Below are positions 55,632-64,000 of a stretch of DNA of 64,000 bases, in pieces. Both the position numbers and the translations under genes were made by a program. Position 1 is the stretch's first letter; the number at the start of each line of letters is the position of its first letter. Below the pieces are notes generated by a model. That model made no database searches. It had not been told where the DNA came from and was given only the letters and a program-made list of their open reading frames with translations. The stretch is from an uncultured Acidobacteriota bacterium (lineage in GTDB: Bacteria; Acidobacteriota; Thermoanaerobaculia; Multivoradales; UBA5704), in NCBI GenBank assembly GCA_963700145.1, contig OY969474.1:5248001-5312000 (forward strand), read 5' to 3'.

Positions 55632-57577
55632 GCGAGCAGCGCTACGCCGTCCTCATCGGCAACAGCAGCTTCCCCAGCGAGGCAAAGCTGCCGCCGCTGC
55701 GCTTCCCCGAGAACGACGTCGACGCCCTCCACGAGCTGATCACCTCGGAGGAGCACGGAATCTTCACCCAGACCTTCGTGCTCAAGAACCGCTCCAGCCA
55801 GGAGGTGCGCGAGCGCGCCAACGAGGTGCTGAACCTGGCCGAGCGCGACGACCTGGTGCTCCTCTACTACGCCGGGCACGGCAAGCTCAACCGGCGGGGG
55901 AAGCTCCACCTGGCGACGGTCGACACCCGGCTCTCGACGCTCGAGGCCACGTCCTTCCCGGTCAGCAGCCTGCGCGACTTCATGGAGATCTCGCGCTCGA
56001 AGCGGATCGTCGTGATCCTCGACTGCTGCTACAGCGGCGCCGCCGGCGGCGTCTTCACCCGCGGCACCACCGACGACTCGCTGCAGCAGTTCGCCTCGGG
56101 CCGGGGCATCCAGGTGATGACGGCCTCGACCGGCATCGAGGTGGCGGAGGAGCGGGAGCAGGACGGTCACGGCGTCTTCACCAAGCACCTGCTGGCGGGG
56201 ATCCGCGGCGGCGCCGACGAGGACGGCGACGGGCTGGTCTCGGTCGACGAGCTGTACCGCTACGTCCACCGCCACGTGGTCCAGGACAGCGCGCAGGTGC
56301 CGACCATGCTCAACCTGGAGAAGGCCGGCGACCTGATCATCGCCAAGAGCGGCCGCAAGCCGCGCGAGGAGCGCAACCGGCAGATCGCGGAGCGGCTCTT
56401 CCGGCTCGCCCAGGAGGGCGTCGTCACCCATCGCTTCATCGGCGACGTGCTGGCCAGCCTCGAGACCCGCTACGCCGTGCGCACCGCCCGGCAGAAGGAG
56501 CAGCACGACCTCCTCGAGCGCTGGATGGGGGAGAAGCTCGGGATCGGCGAGCTGGTCGAGTGCTGGAACCGCCTGGGTCTCGAGGAGGGGGCGATCGTGG
56601 TCCCGGCCCGTCCTGCCCCGGTCGACGAGGCGCCGGCGCCGATCGCGCCCGCACCTCCCGAGCCCGTACCGCCCGCGCCCGCTCCCGTCGTGGTGGATCG
56701 ACGCGACGAGCCGCGCCGCGCCCCTTGGACTCTGCGGTCGATCCTCGCCGCCCTGCGCGCGGCCCCGGCGCGGGCGCTCGCCAGCGGGCTGGACGGGCGT
56801 CTCGGCCTGAGTCTCCTCCTCGCCGCGGTCTTCACCTTCAACCTGGTCGAGACGAACCTCGAGACCCTGGCCGCCGGCTCGGCTGCGGGGCAGCGGCTCG
56901 CCGAGCTGGGGAACGACTTCGCGCTGGCGAGCCAGAAGCTGGAGGGCGACCTGGGACTCGCCAAGAGTCTGAACTTCGTCGATCACGACGCCGCGCCCCG
57001 CCTCTCGGCGGTCGTCTACAGCGCCTCGTACTTCTTCGTCTTCCCGGCGCTCTGCGTCGCCGTGGCGCTCGGACTGGCGCGCCGGCGGGAGATCGCGCCC
57101 TTCCGCGTCTACACCCTGGCGCTTGCCGCCGACTACGCGGTGAGCCTGCCGTTCTTCCTCCTGCTGCCGATCCCCGAGCGCTGGGCCTTCCCCGGCTCCG
57201 GGGCGATCCTGCTCTCCGACAGCTTGAGCTCGCACCTCATCGACGCCATCCGGCCGATGAGCGGCCTCGACAACTGCTTCCCGAGCTTCCACGTCTCGAT
57301 GACGGTCATCGCCATTCTGGTCTGCTTCCGCTTCAAGGCGCGCTTCCGGGTGGCGGCGCTCGGCCTGGGGGCGACCGTCGTCCTCTCCACCCTGGTCCTC
57401 GGCATCCACTGGGTGGGCGACATGATCGCCGGCACCGCGGTGGCGGCGTTCAGCGTCGCCGTCGCCGCCTGGCTCGACGTCCGGCTCGCCGCGCGGCGGC
57501 CGCGCCCGGCGGCGGAGCCCGCGCCGGAACCTTCGTCGATCTCCGCCGTACATAGGCTCGTACACCTACGGCCGTAA
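55628..57577 (+). CDS. Caspase (C14, EACC1-associated type) fused to a PAP2-family membrane domain
   Basis: YYAGHG and ILDCCYSG dyad; GVFTKHL; Pro-rich linker; NCFPSFH and STLVLGIHWVGD. Confidence 0.88.
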   Translation: MSEQRYAVLIGNSSFPSEAKLPPLRFPENDVDALHELITSEEHGIFTQTFVLKNRSSQEVRERANEVLNLAERDDLVLLYYAGHGKLNRRGKLHLATVDTRLSTLEATSFPVSSLRDFMEISRSKRIVVILDCCYSGAAGGVFTRGTTDDSLQQFASGRGIQVMTASTGIEVAEEREQDGHGVFTKHLLAGIRGGADEDGDGLVSVDELYRYVHRHVVQDSAQVPTMLNLEKAGDLIIAKSGRKPREERNRQIAERLFRLAQEGVVTHRFIGDVLASLETRYAVRTARQKEQHDLLERWMGEKLGIGELVECWNRLGLEEGAIVVPARPAPVDEAPAPIAPAPPEPVPPAPAPVVVDRRDEPRRAPWTLRSILAALRAAPARALASGLDGRLGLSLLLAAVFTFNLVETNLETLAAGSAAGQRLAELGNDFALASQKLEGDLGLAKSLNFVDHDAAPRLSAVVYSASYFFVFPALCVAVALGLARRREIAPFRVYTLALAADYAVSLPFFLLLPIPERWAFPGSGAILLSDSLSSHLIDAIRPMSGLDNCFPSFHVSMTVIAILVCFRFKARFRVAALGLGATVVLSTLVLGIHWVGDMIAGTAVAAFSVAVAAWLDVRLAARRPRPAAEPAPEPSSISAVHRLVHLRP

Positions 57578-57597
57578 GGCCGACGGAGGAGATCGAG

Positions 57598-58731
57598 ATG
57601 TCGCGAGCCGCGCTCGCGGTGGCCGCCCTGCTGGCGGTCGCCGCCGTTCCCGCATCCGCCCAGTCCGCCCTCTCCCTGCCGCCCAGCGGCGACAACCAGC
57701 GCTCGGTCGTCACCCAGTACATGGGGCTCGTCTCGGCGAGCATCGACTATAGCAGCCCCGACGTCACCAGCCCGACCGGCGAGGACCGCCGGGGGAAGAT
57801 CTGGGGCCAGCTCGTGCCTTACGGCATGACCGACCTGGGCTTCAACGGCGGCAAGCCGAGCCCCTGGCGGGCCGGCGCCAACGAGAACACCGTCTTCACC
57901 GTCTCGCACGACGTGCAGGTCGAGGGCCAGCCGCTGCCGGCCGGCCGCTACGGCCTGCACATGATCCCCGGCGCCGAGGAGTGGACGGTCGTCTTCTCGA
58001 AGAACTCCAGCACCTGGGGGAGCTACTGGTACGAGCCGTCCGAGGACGCCCTGCGCGTCACGGTCAAGCCGGTCAAGAACGAGTACCGGCACTGGCTGAC
58101 CTACGAGTTCGACGACCGGCAGCAGGACTCGAGCGTCGCCTCCCTGCAGTGGGAGGAGCTCAAGGTGCCGTTCAAGATCTCGGTGCCCAACGGCAACGAG
58201 CTCTACTTCCGACAGGTCTCGGACGAGCTGCGCGGCGCTCCCGGCTTCGACTTCCAGGCCTACGAGAACGCGGCGCAGTTCGCCCTGCAGCGCGACATCC
58301 ACCTCGACCAGGCCCTGGTCTGGGCCGAGAAGGCGAGCGGCCCGCCGCTGGGGCGCGAGACCATCTCCACCCTGACGACCAAGGCGCAGGTCCTCGACAA
58401 GCTCGGCCGGAGCGAGGAGGCGCACCAGGCGGTCAAGAAGGCGCTCGACCTGCCGTCGGCCTCGGCGGTCGACATCCACATGCTGGGCCGCCAGCTCCAG
58501 GGGCAGGGGAAGGTCAAGGAGGCGGTCGAGGTCTTCAAGCACAACGCCAAGCGCTACCCGGGCGTCTGGCCGACCGAGGTCGGCCTGGCGCGCGCCCACT
58601 CGGCGCTCGGCGAGTACGAGACGGCGCTGGAGCACGCGAAGACGGCGCTGGCCCAGGCCCCCGACCCGCAGAACAAGCAGTCGCTCGAGCGGGCGGTCAA
58701 GATGCTGACGGAAGGGAAGGACTTCAACTAG
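57598..58731 (+). CDS. DUF2911 domain plus TPR protein
   Basis: IDYSSP..KIWG.LVPYG..WRAGANENT; C-terminal TPRs. Confidence 0.9.
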   Translation: MSRAALAVAALLAVAAVPASAQSALSLPPSGDNQRSVVTQYMGLVSASIDYSSPDVTSPTGEDRRGKIWGQLVPYGMTDLGFNGGKPSPWRAGANENTVFTVSHDVQVEGQPLPAGRYGLHMIPGAEEWTVVFSKNSSTWGSYWYEPSEDALRVTVKPVKNEYRHWLTYEFDDRQQDSSVASLQWEELKVPFKISVPNGNELYFRQVSDELRGAPGFDFQAYENAAQFALQRDIHLDQALVWAEKASGPPLGRETISTLTTKAQVLDKLGRSEEAHQAVKKALDLPSASAVDIHMLGRQLQGQGKVKEAVEVFKHNAKRYPGVWPTEVGLARAHSALGEYETALEHAKTALAQAPDPQNKQSLERAVKMLTEGKDFN

Positions 58732-58764
58732 ACGGGTCGGCCGCGGCTGCGGCTACACTCGGGC

Positions 58765-61700
58765 GTGCGCGAAACGCAGGCGAGGCCGGGGCAGCATCGG
58801 GCCGCCCTACTCGCCGTGTGCCTGGCACTGGTTCCCTCCTGCCGCCCGCGAGGCGGTGAGCAGGACCTCGCGGTGCTGGAGGCTGAGGTCCTCGGCGCCG
58901 TCGATGAATTCGCGGCGCCGCTGCCTCGGTTCAGCGGCACCGCAGTCGGCGAATCGGCCTTCAATCCTTTTGTCGCCCGCTCCTGTCCACGCGCACTCGA
59001 TCCTGGGAGCGTTCCCCACAAAGTAAGTGTGGCAGACGTACGTCGTCTCCGCATTCTCGCCCGAGAGCTCGAGCAGCTCAGAACCTCTCCACGCCACGAA
59101 GCGGCGGCGCTCAGAGTGCGAGCTTTGTGGATACTCGTCGCGGATCCGACGCCACGAGGCCGCGATCGACTGATTCAGCTTCTCGAAGCCGCTCTTGCGA
59201 GGGCTCCGAAATCGCCGGAGCTTCTCAACGATCTCGCCGTCGCCCATCTTCTTCGAGCCACTGTGGACGGCGCCACCGGCGAGCTTGCCGCTGCGCTCGA
59301 GGTCCTCGAGCGCGCCGGCGCCAATTCCCGTCTCGGACCCGCCGCTCTCTTCAATCGCGCTTACGCGCTCCAGTGCCTTTCCTTGTGGAGCGATGCCCCG
59401 GAAACATGGCGGCGCCTCCCGGGAAGTCCGGACGCACTTCGGCGCCGACCCAAAGTCGCGCCGCAAACGCAGAGCTCCCCCCTCGCACTGCGGCGCCGAG
59501 GTGAGTGGCTGCTTGGAGAATGGGCCGCTCAGAGGATGCGGGGTGAGTCGCAGAAAGCTGAAGAGCGGCTGGCCGAAGCAGAAAAGATCGGCACACGATT
59601 AAGAGAGCGGAGCAAGGATCGTCTTCTGAGTGACTCCGTGCGGACGATTCGAGAAGCGCTGCAACAGGGCCGACGTGGCCAACTTCTCCAACTCCAACGC
59701 GGGCATAGGACCTTCCACGCGATTCGTGGCACGGCCATCTTCTCCCAGTGCGAAGCAGAGGCTCTGGCGTCAGCCGAACGTTCCCTCAGCGCGACCGGCA
59801 CTCCGTTCGTCGGTTGGGTGCGACTCGACGAGGCCGTCTGCGCGTATTTCGCAAAGGACTTCGTTCGCATCGAGAGCATCCTGCTCCCTCTGCGCAAGGA
59901 AGCGCGGCGCCTCTCAGCGCTAGCCCTCGAGGGGAGGTGCGAGTGGATGCTCGGCCTCGTGCGCATGGTGCAAGCGCGGTTCGTCGAAGCTGACCTGCGC
60001 TACGCCGCGGCGATCGACCGCTTCTCCCGACTCGGAGAAACGGGGCATGTTGTGTACCTGCGCTCACTGCGGGCCAAGAACTATGAGTTCGGCGGCGCAC
60101 GTCGGGAAGCTTGGCGCGAGCGAATGGCAGCGCTGCAAGCGAGGGGCGCTGTAGAAGACCCCGAGAGGCTGTTCACGATTTTCCAGGAAGCGGCCCAGGC
60201 ATTGAGACGCCAAGGTTATCGGGCCGCGGCACTCCGATTCGTGACCGAGCAGATGAGGGCTGCGGAGCGGGCGGCGCGCGCGACTGGTGAGACCGCCCTA
60301 CTCGCTTACACACTCATTGGGCGCGCTGGATTGCTCGACGAAATGGGGGAGACTGCGAAGGCGACAGCAGATCTCGATCGCGCGGAGCAGCTCTGGTCCC
60401 GACTGGAAGCCGACGACGAGAGCAAGCGCGACATTCGGGTCGACATCGATGTCCAACGCTTACTTCTCGCAGCGGCAAGACCCCGGAAGGATCTGGCCGC
60501 AGTCGATCGGGCTCTCGCCTTCTATTCGGGTACCAGCTCGCTCGGCGATCAGATCGAAGTCCTGAAGCTGCATCGGCTGCGCGCCCAGGTGCAGCTCCAG
60601 CTGCGGCGGCCCGCAGCGGCGCGCGCCGACCTGCAACAGGGGGTCGCGGAAATCGAACGCCAGCGCCTCGAGATTGCCTTGCCGGAGGACCGGGCCCGCT
60701 TCGTCGGCGAGGCCCGCGGCCTCTTCGAGGATTTGATCCGCTTGGAGCTCGACGTCTTTCAGGATGCCGCCGCGGCGCTCGACGTCCTCGAGCGGAGCAG
60801 CAATCGGTTGCTGGCGGACGTGGCGGGAGTTGGGATGTCAGCCCTGCATCGCGTTCCGGCCGATGTCCTCGTAGTGCGCTATGGGCACCTGTCGAACAGG
60901 CTGCTCGTTTGGACATTGCAGCACGGCCGATTGGAGCTCGAGCAACACCCTGCCGCCGCCGCAGACCTTGCCCATCAAGCGCAACGCTGCCGCACATCGC
61001 TGATGGCCGGAGACGCGACGCGGGGCTCCGGCACCGGCTGTGAAGCGCTGGCAAGAACGATCTTGCCGAAGCGCCTCCTGACACAACCGGACGAAACCTC
61101 CGTCGTGATCATTCCGGACGAGCTCCTCGTCGCCCTGCCGTTCGCCGCACTGAGAACAGTGCCTGACGCGCCGTATTTTATCGAGCGTTTCACGTTGAGC
61201 TACGCCCCGAGCCTGGCACTCTTGGCAGAAGGCACGGCTGGACCTCTTCCCCACCCTATCTCGGCCCCTCGTGCACTTTTTGTCTCCGACCCCGCGTTCG
61301 ATCGCGAACGTTTCCCCAGGCTATCTCGCTTGGGCAGAGCGCAAGAATTCGTCGCCGCGCACATGGCGCGTTACCCCGAGTCCGAGCTGCTCACCGGCCC
61401 CGACGCGACGGTTCCCGCCGTCATCAGAGCACTCAGCCGCTGCGATCTCCTGCACTTCGACGGGCATGGGATCGTCAATGCCCAGGTCCCGGAGCGCGGG
61501 GGACTCCTCCTTGCGCCCGATGCGCCGCGAGGGGTCGGTGAGGAATCGGGGCTTCTCACCGCAGACGATCTACCGCCGGCCGCGCTGAAAAGACTGCGTT
61601 TGGTGATCCTCGGTGCCTGCTCAACCGGCCTCGCTACCTATCCTGACACGGCGGAAGTCGCGGGCCTCGCGGCCACCTTTCTCGCGCGCGGGGTTCCCGA

Positions 61701-61926
61701 CGTTGTGACCGCGGCCTGGGATGTGCCGGACGAGGGCGCGGCCCTGCTTCTCGACCTGCTGCATCGAGAGCTCGCGGCCGGCCAGCCGACAGATAGGGCG
61801 CTGCGTGCAGCACAACTGGCGCTCCTCCGCTCCGATGCGCGAGGTTCGCGGACTTGGGCAGCATTCCAGCTGTTCCGCGGCGGCGGCGGAAAAGACAAAG
61901 CGCTGTCCGTCCAAACCAAGCGTTGA
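58765..61926 (+). CDS. TPR-CHAT domain protein (caspase/HetF-like)
   Basis: IIPD..L..LPFAAL, LLHFDGHG, LVILGACSTG, FLARG..VV...W.V.D, WAAFQL. Confidence 0.9.
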   Translation: MRETQARPGQHRAALLAVCLALVPSCRPRGGEQDLAVLEAEVLGAVDEFAAPLPRFSGTAVGESAFNPFVARSCPRALDPGSVPHKVSVADVRRLRILARELEQLRTSPRHEAAALRVRALWILVADPTPRGRDRLIQLLEAALARAPKSPELLNDLAVAHLLRATVDGATGELAAALEVLERAGANSRLGPAALFNRAYALQCLSLWSDAPETWRRLPGSPDALRRRPKVAPQTQSSPLALRRRGEWLLGEWAAQRMRGESQKAEERLAEAEKIGTRLRERSKDRLLSDSVRTIREALQQGRRGQLLQLQRGHRTFHAIRGTAIFSQCEAEALASAERSLSATGTPFVGWVRLDEAVCAYFAKDFVRIESILLPLRKEARRLSALALEGRCEWMLGLVRMVQARFVEADLRYAAAIDRFSRLGETGHVVYLRSLRAKNYEFGGARREAWRERMAALQARGAVEDPERLFTIFQEAAQALRRQGYRAAALRFVTEQMRAAERAARATGETALLAYTLIGRAGLLDEMGETAKATADLDRAEQLWSRLEADDESKRDIRVDIDVQRLLLAAARPRKDLAAVDRALAFYSGTSSLGDQIEVLKLHRLRAQVQLQLRRPAAARADLQQGVAEIERQRLEIALPEDRARFVGEARGLFEDLIRLELDVFQDAAAALDVLERSSNRLLADVAGVGMSALHRVPADVLVVRYGHLSNRLLVWTLQHGRLELEQHPAAAADLAHQAQRCRTSLMAGDATRGSGTGCEALARTILPKRLLTQPDETSVVIIPDELLVALPFAALRTVPDAPYFIERFTLSYAPSLALLAEGTAGPLPHPISAPRALFVSDPAFDRERFPRLSRLGRAQEFVAAHMARYPESELLTGPDATVPAVIRALSRCDLLHFDGHGIVNAQVPERGGLLLAPDAPRGVGEESGLLTADDLPPAALKRLRLVILGACSTGLATYPDTAEVAGLAATFLARGVPDVVTAAWDVPDEGAALLLDLLHRELAAGQPTDRALRAAQLALLRSDARGSRTWAAFQLFRGGGGKDKALSVQTKR

Positions 61927-62023
61927 GGTAGGGCTCCGAGGCCAGGGCTGCTTGCGCACTCCGCGCCAGCAGAAACTAGCTTCGTCACAGCTTCGTGACG
62001 AGCGCGACGAGGAGGGATTCCAC

Positions 62024-63052
62024 ATGTCGAGGAAGGCCATTCTCCTACTAGTTCTTTTGCCCGTGTTGGCATGCAGAAGGGATGCGCCGGACCGTGCTAC
62101 GCCATCAGAGGAGTCGGTGGCGACGGCGGAGGCAATCGAACCATACACGTTGAACGTGACGTTCGCGGGACTCATCGCCTTCGCCAAGGCACAGCTCCAA
62201 GGGAGGCCCGTCGTCTGGGCGCTGCTTCCGGACGCCAAGTACATTCCGGGCAGCCACGCCAGCGAGGATCTGCCGCCGTGCATTGGCGACGAAGGCCCTT
62301 CGATCGGACAGCTTAGGGCGCGCGTGCCGCCGCATCACCCAGCGCTTCGGTTTACGGGTGCGACAGTGGACCTGGATGGAGTACCGGTCGACGTCTCCAG
62401 GCCCTTCCTGATCGACGAGAAGGACCTCCGCATCGCAACTGGTGTGCCGGGTCCGGGCACCACAGACGACGTAGCTCTCTCCACGAAAGAGGAGCTCTTC
62501 GACGTTAGGGGAGGGGCCGTTGGTGACTACGCGGCGTTCGATGTGGTTGCGAATAACTACATTGACTCCGATGGTCGAGTGCCGGAGAGAGAACGATTTC
62601 TGATCGCTCGGGTCCTGATCGACTTCGGCACTACGTTCCTTGCGAGCCCTCTGAACTGCGAGGGAGCGACGCTCCAATACGGCTTCAAGACACCGGCCGA
62701 GAACGGTTGCACCAATCCGGTGGCCAGGCTCGCTGAGGAGATTGAGGTCACACAGTCTACAACGCAGCCCGTCACGATCACTCTCCTCCCTGGCAACCAG
62801 GTTCTGAAGGTACGTCCCGCAACGCCGGGAGGGAAGGTCACGGTCGAAGTCCTCAATGTTATGGAGGAGGCACTTGGCCAACACACTGATCCCTGCAGCG
62901 AACTCTCTCGTCAACATCTCGAGGCGTATCGTTGGTTCTACCGGCTGTTGGCCAATGCAGGAAGTTGCGACAGGCACTTTTTCCCTTGCCGTTTTCCTGG
63001 GGGCGAGAGCGACTTCGGCGGCGACAGGTGCCCCGTGAAGGGGTTGGGATGA
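62024..63052 (+). CDS. Hypothetical lipoprotein downstream of the CHAT gene
   Basis: GGAGG RBS; lipobox VLAC; FAGLIAF..H.P.L..WFY.LL; several cysteines. Confidence 0.7.
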   Translation: MSRKAILLLVLLPVLACRRDAPDRATPSEESVATAEAIEPYTLNVTFAGLIAFAKAQLQGRPVVWALLPDAKYIPGSHASEDLPPCIGDEGPSIGQLRARVPPHHPALRFTGATVDLDGVPVDVSRPFLIDEKDLRIATGVPGPGTTDDVALSTKEELFDVRGGAVGDYAAFDVVANNYIDSDGRVPERERFLIARVLIDFGTTFLASPLNCEGATLQYGFKTPAENGCTNPVARLAEEIEVTQSTTQPVTITLLPGNQVLKVRPATPGGKVTVEVLNVMEEALGQHTDPCSELSRQHLEAYRWFYRLLANAGSCDRHFFPCRFPGGESDFGGDRCPVKGLG

Positions 63053-64000
63053 GTCGGCTCGACGGCGGAGAGAAACGGTGGCCTCGCGCCCGGTTCGCAA
63101 GGCTCGGAGCACTCGCTACGCTCGCAATGGCGACCAGCGGGTGGCTGGCTTGCACTAGTTCCCGGACGCCCTCGGCTACGACGAGTCCCGACGACGAAGA
63201 ACAGTTCGAGGTCGTCGCCACTGCCGATAGCAGCCCTGAGGGCGGCATTGTCGTGCACCAGTTCCTGCACGGCGAGAATCCCGGTTGCACCAGCGCCAGC
63301 CTAGCGGGTGCCGCGCCCTGCGCTCGCCAGCCATTCCTCCGGGTTCCAGAAAGCTGGCAAGCACGCCTTGTTCACGAGCAGTGTCCGCAGCCGGATGAGG
63401 ACTGTCGACCCTTCTTCCGTGACGCCCGCTCTGGAGGCGCCGACGAGGACAGATTACAGGGCTTGGAGCACGGGCACCTCGTCTTCTATTCGGGACATGG
63501 AGAACCAAGGAAATGGGATGTGAGAGTGGCCCAGGAAATGGAATCCAGTGAGACCTCTCTTGGGGACGAGCTAACCCGATATTTATGGCTGTTGAGCTGC
63601 CAAGTCATGGCGCACGGGCCATTGCGAAAGATCCCCTCTCTTTCTCCGACGAGCACCGCCACAGACTATCTGGCGCCGCAGGAATTCGATCCGCAGGCCT
63701 TGGATCAGGCGAACGTCTTTCGGGACTTCGCCACGAATTACGGCAGCACTGCAGTGCCGCGCATCCCACTCAACGCGAAGCTCCGCCTCGCCTGCGGTGG
63801 TTCGACGAAGATAGGGGGCGGCGGTTCAAACTTCCCCATGGCACCCAGCTGGCACTACAAGCTCATGGCGGGCTTGCCGGTGGCCGATTCGTTCATCCTC
63901 GGTCTTGCCAACGGTTACCGTGTGCCTCTGTGCATGACTCGCGGAGGTGCTGGACCCGAGCATAGCCCGCTCTACGATGCGGACTTCGTCACCGACCAAA
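63049..64000 (+). CDS. DUF6345-like lipoprotein with caspase-like His/Cys motifs (3' end outside window; missing from ORF track)
   Basis: ATGA overlap with upstream stop; hand translation is open to the window end: ..WLAC..VFYSGHG..LGD..RYLWLLSCQVMAHG..LRLACGGST. Confidence 0.7.
   Translation, partial: MSRLDGGEKRWPRARFARLGALATLAMATSGWLACTSSRTPSATTSPDDEEQFEVVATADSSPEGGIVVHQFLHGENPGCTSASLAGAAPCARQPFLRVPESWQARLVHEQCPQPDEDCRPFFRDARSGGADEDRLQGLEHGHLVFYSGHGEPRKWDVRVAQEMESSETSLGDELTRYLWLLSCQVMAHGPLRKIPSLSPTSTATDYLAPQEFDPQALDQANVFRDFATNYGSTAVPRIPLNAKLRLACGGSTKIGGGGSNFPMAPSWHYKLMAGLPVADSFILGLANGYRVPLCMTRGGAGPEHSPLYDADFVTDQ

Noticed and set aside
1-64000. Prophage, integron integrase, rRNA or tRNA genes
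   Set aside because: No phage structural genes, tyrosine recombinase motifs or structural RNA signatures were recognised by eye; a tRNAscan/Rfam run would be needed to exclude small RNAs

Overview
This is high-GC bacterial DNA. The gene repertoire (CHAT proteins, FG-GAP proteins, DUF2911, EACC1-caspase) suggests Acidobacteriota, probably Thermoanaerobaculia-like; that assignment is inference. No rRNA, tRNA or CRISPR array was seen. Region 1-16 kb is a variable hot spot between convergent yihY and site-2-protease genes. It holds a 21-bp tandem array, several toxin-antitoxin modules and decayed copies of them, and attC-like integron sites with no integrase in the window. It also holds an IS110 relic whose intact non-coding left end has bridge-RNA architecture, with guides that appear to spell the attC R' box, and an IS5 that splits a ~1150-aa membrane/hydrolase/GNAT gene. 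Region 16-33 kb is mostly envelope and housekeeping genes (S2P, DUF1702, acyltransferase, GT2, methyltransferase, M20 peptidase, L,D-transpeptidase, ALDH, AmpG, 2OG oxygenase, amrBA). Region 33-38 kb has a decayed duplication and a DUF4062-NACHT-TM (NLR-like) gene. Region 38-53 kb has surface-protein and signalling operons (TPR-barrel/FecR/FG-GAP; barrel/cupredoxin/HAMP-pseudocyclase-kinase/HD-GYP; FHA-GAF-cyclase). Region 53-64 kb is a cluster of clan-CD protease systems: EACC1 plus a caspase-PAP2 fusion, a TPR-CHAT protein, and a DUF6345-like ORF that runs off the window. All family calls come from motif recognition by eye, not from database searches.
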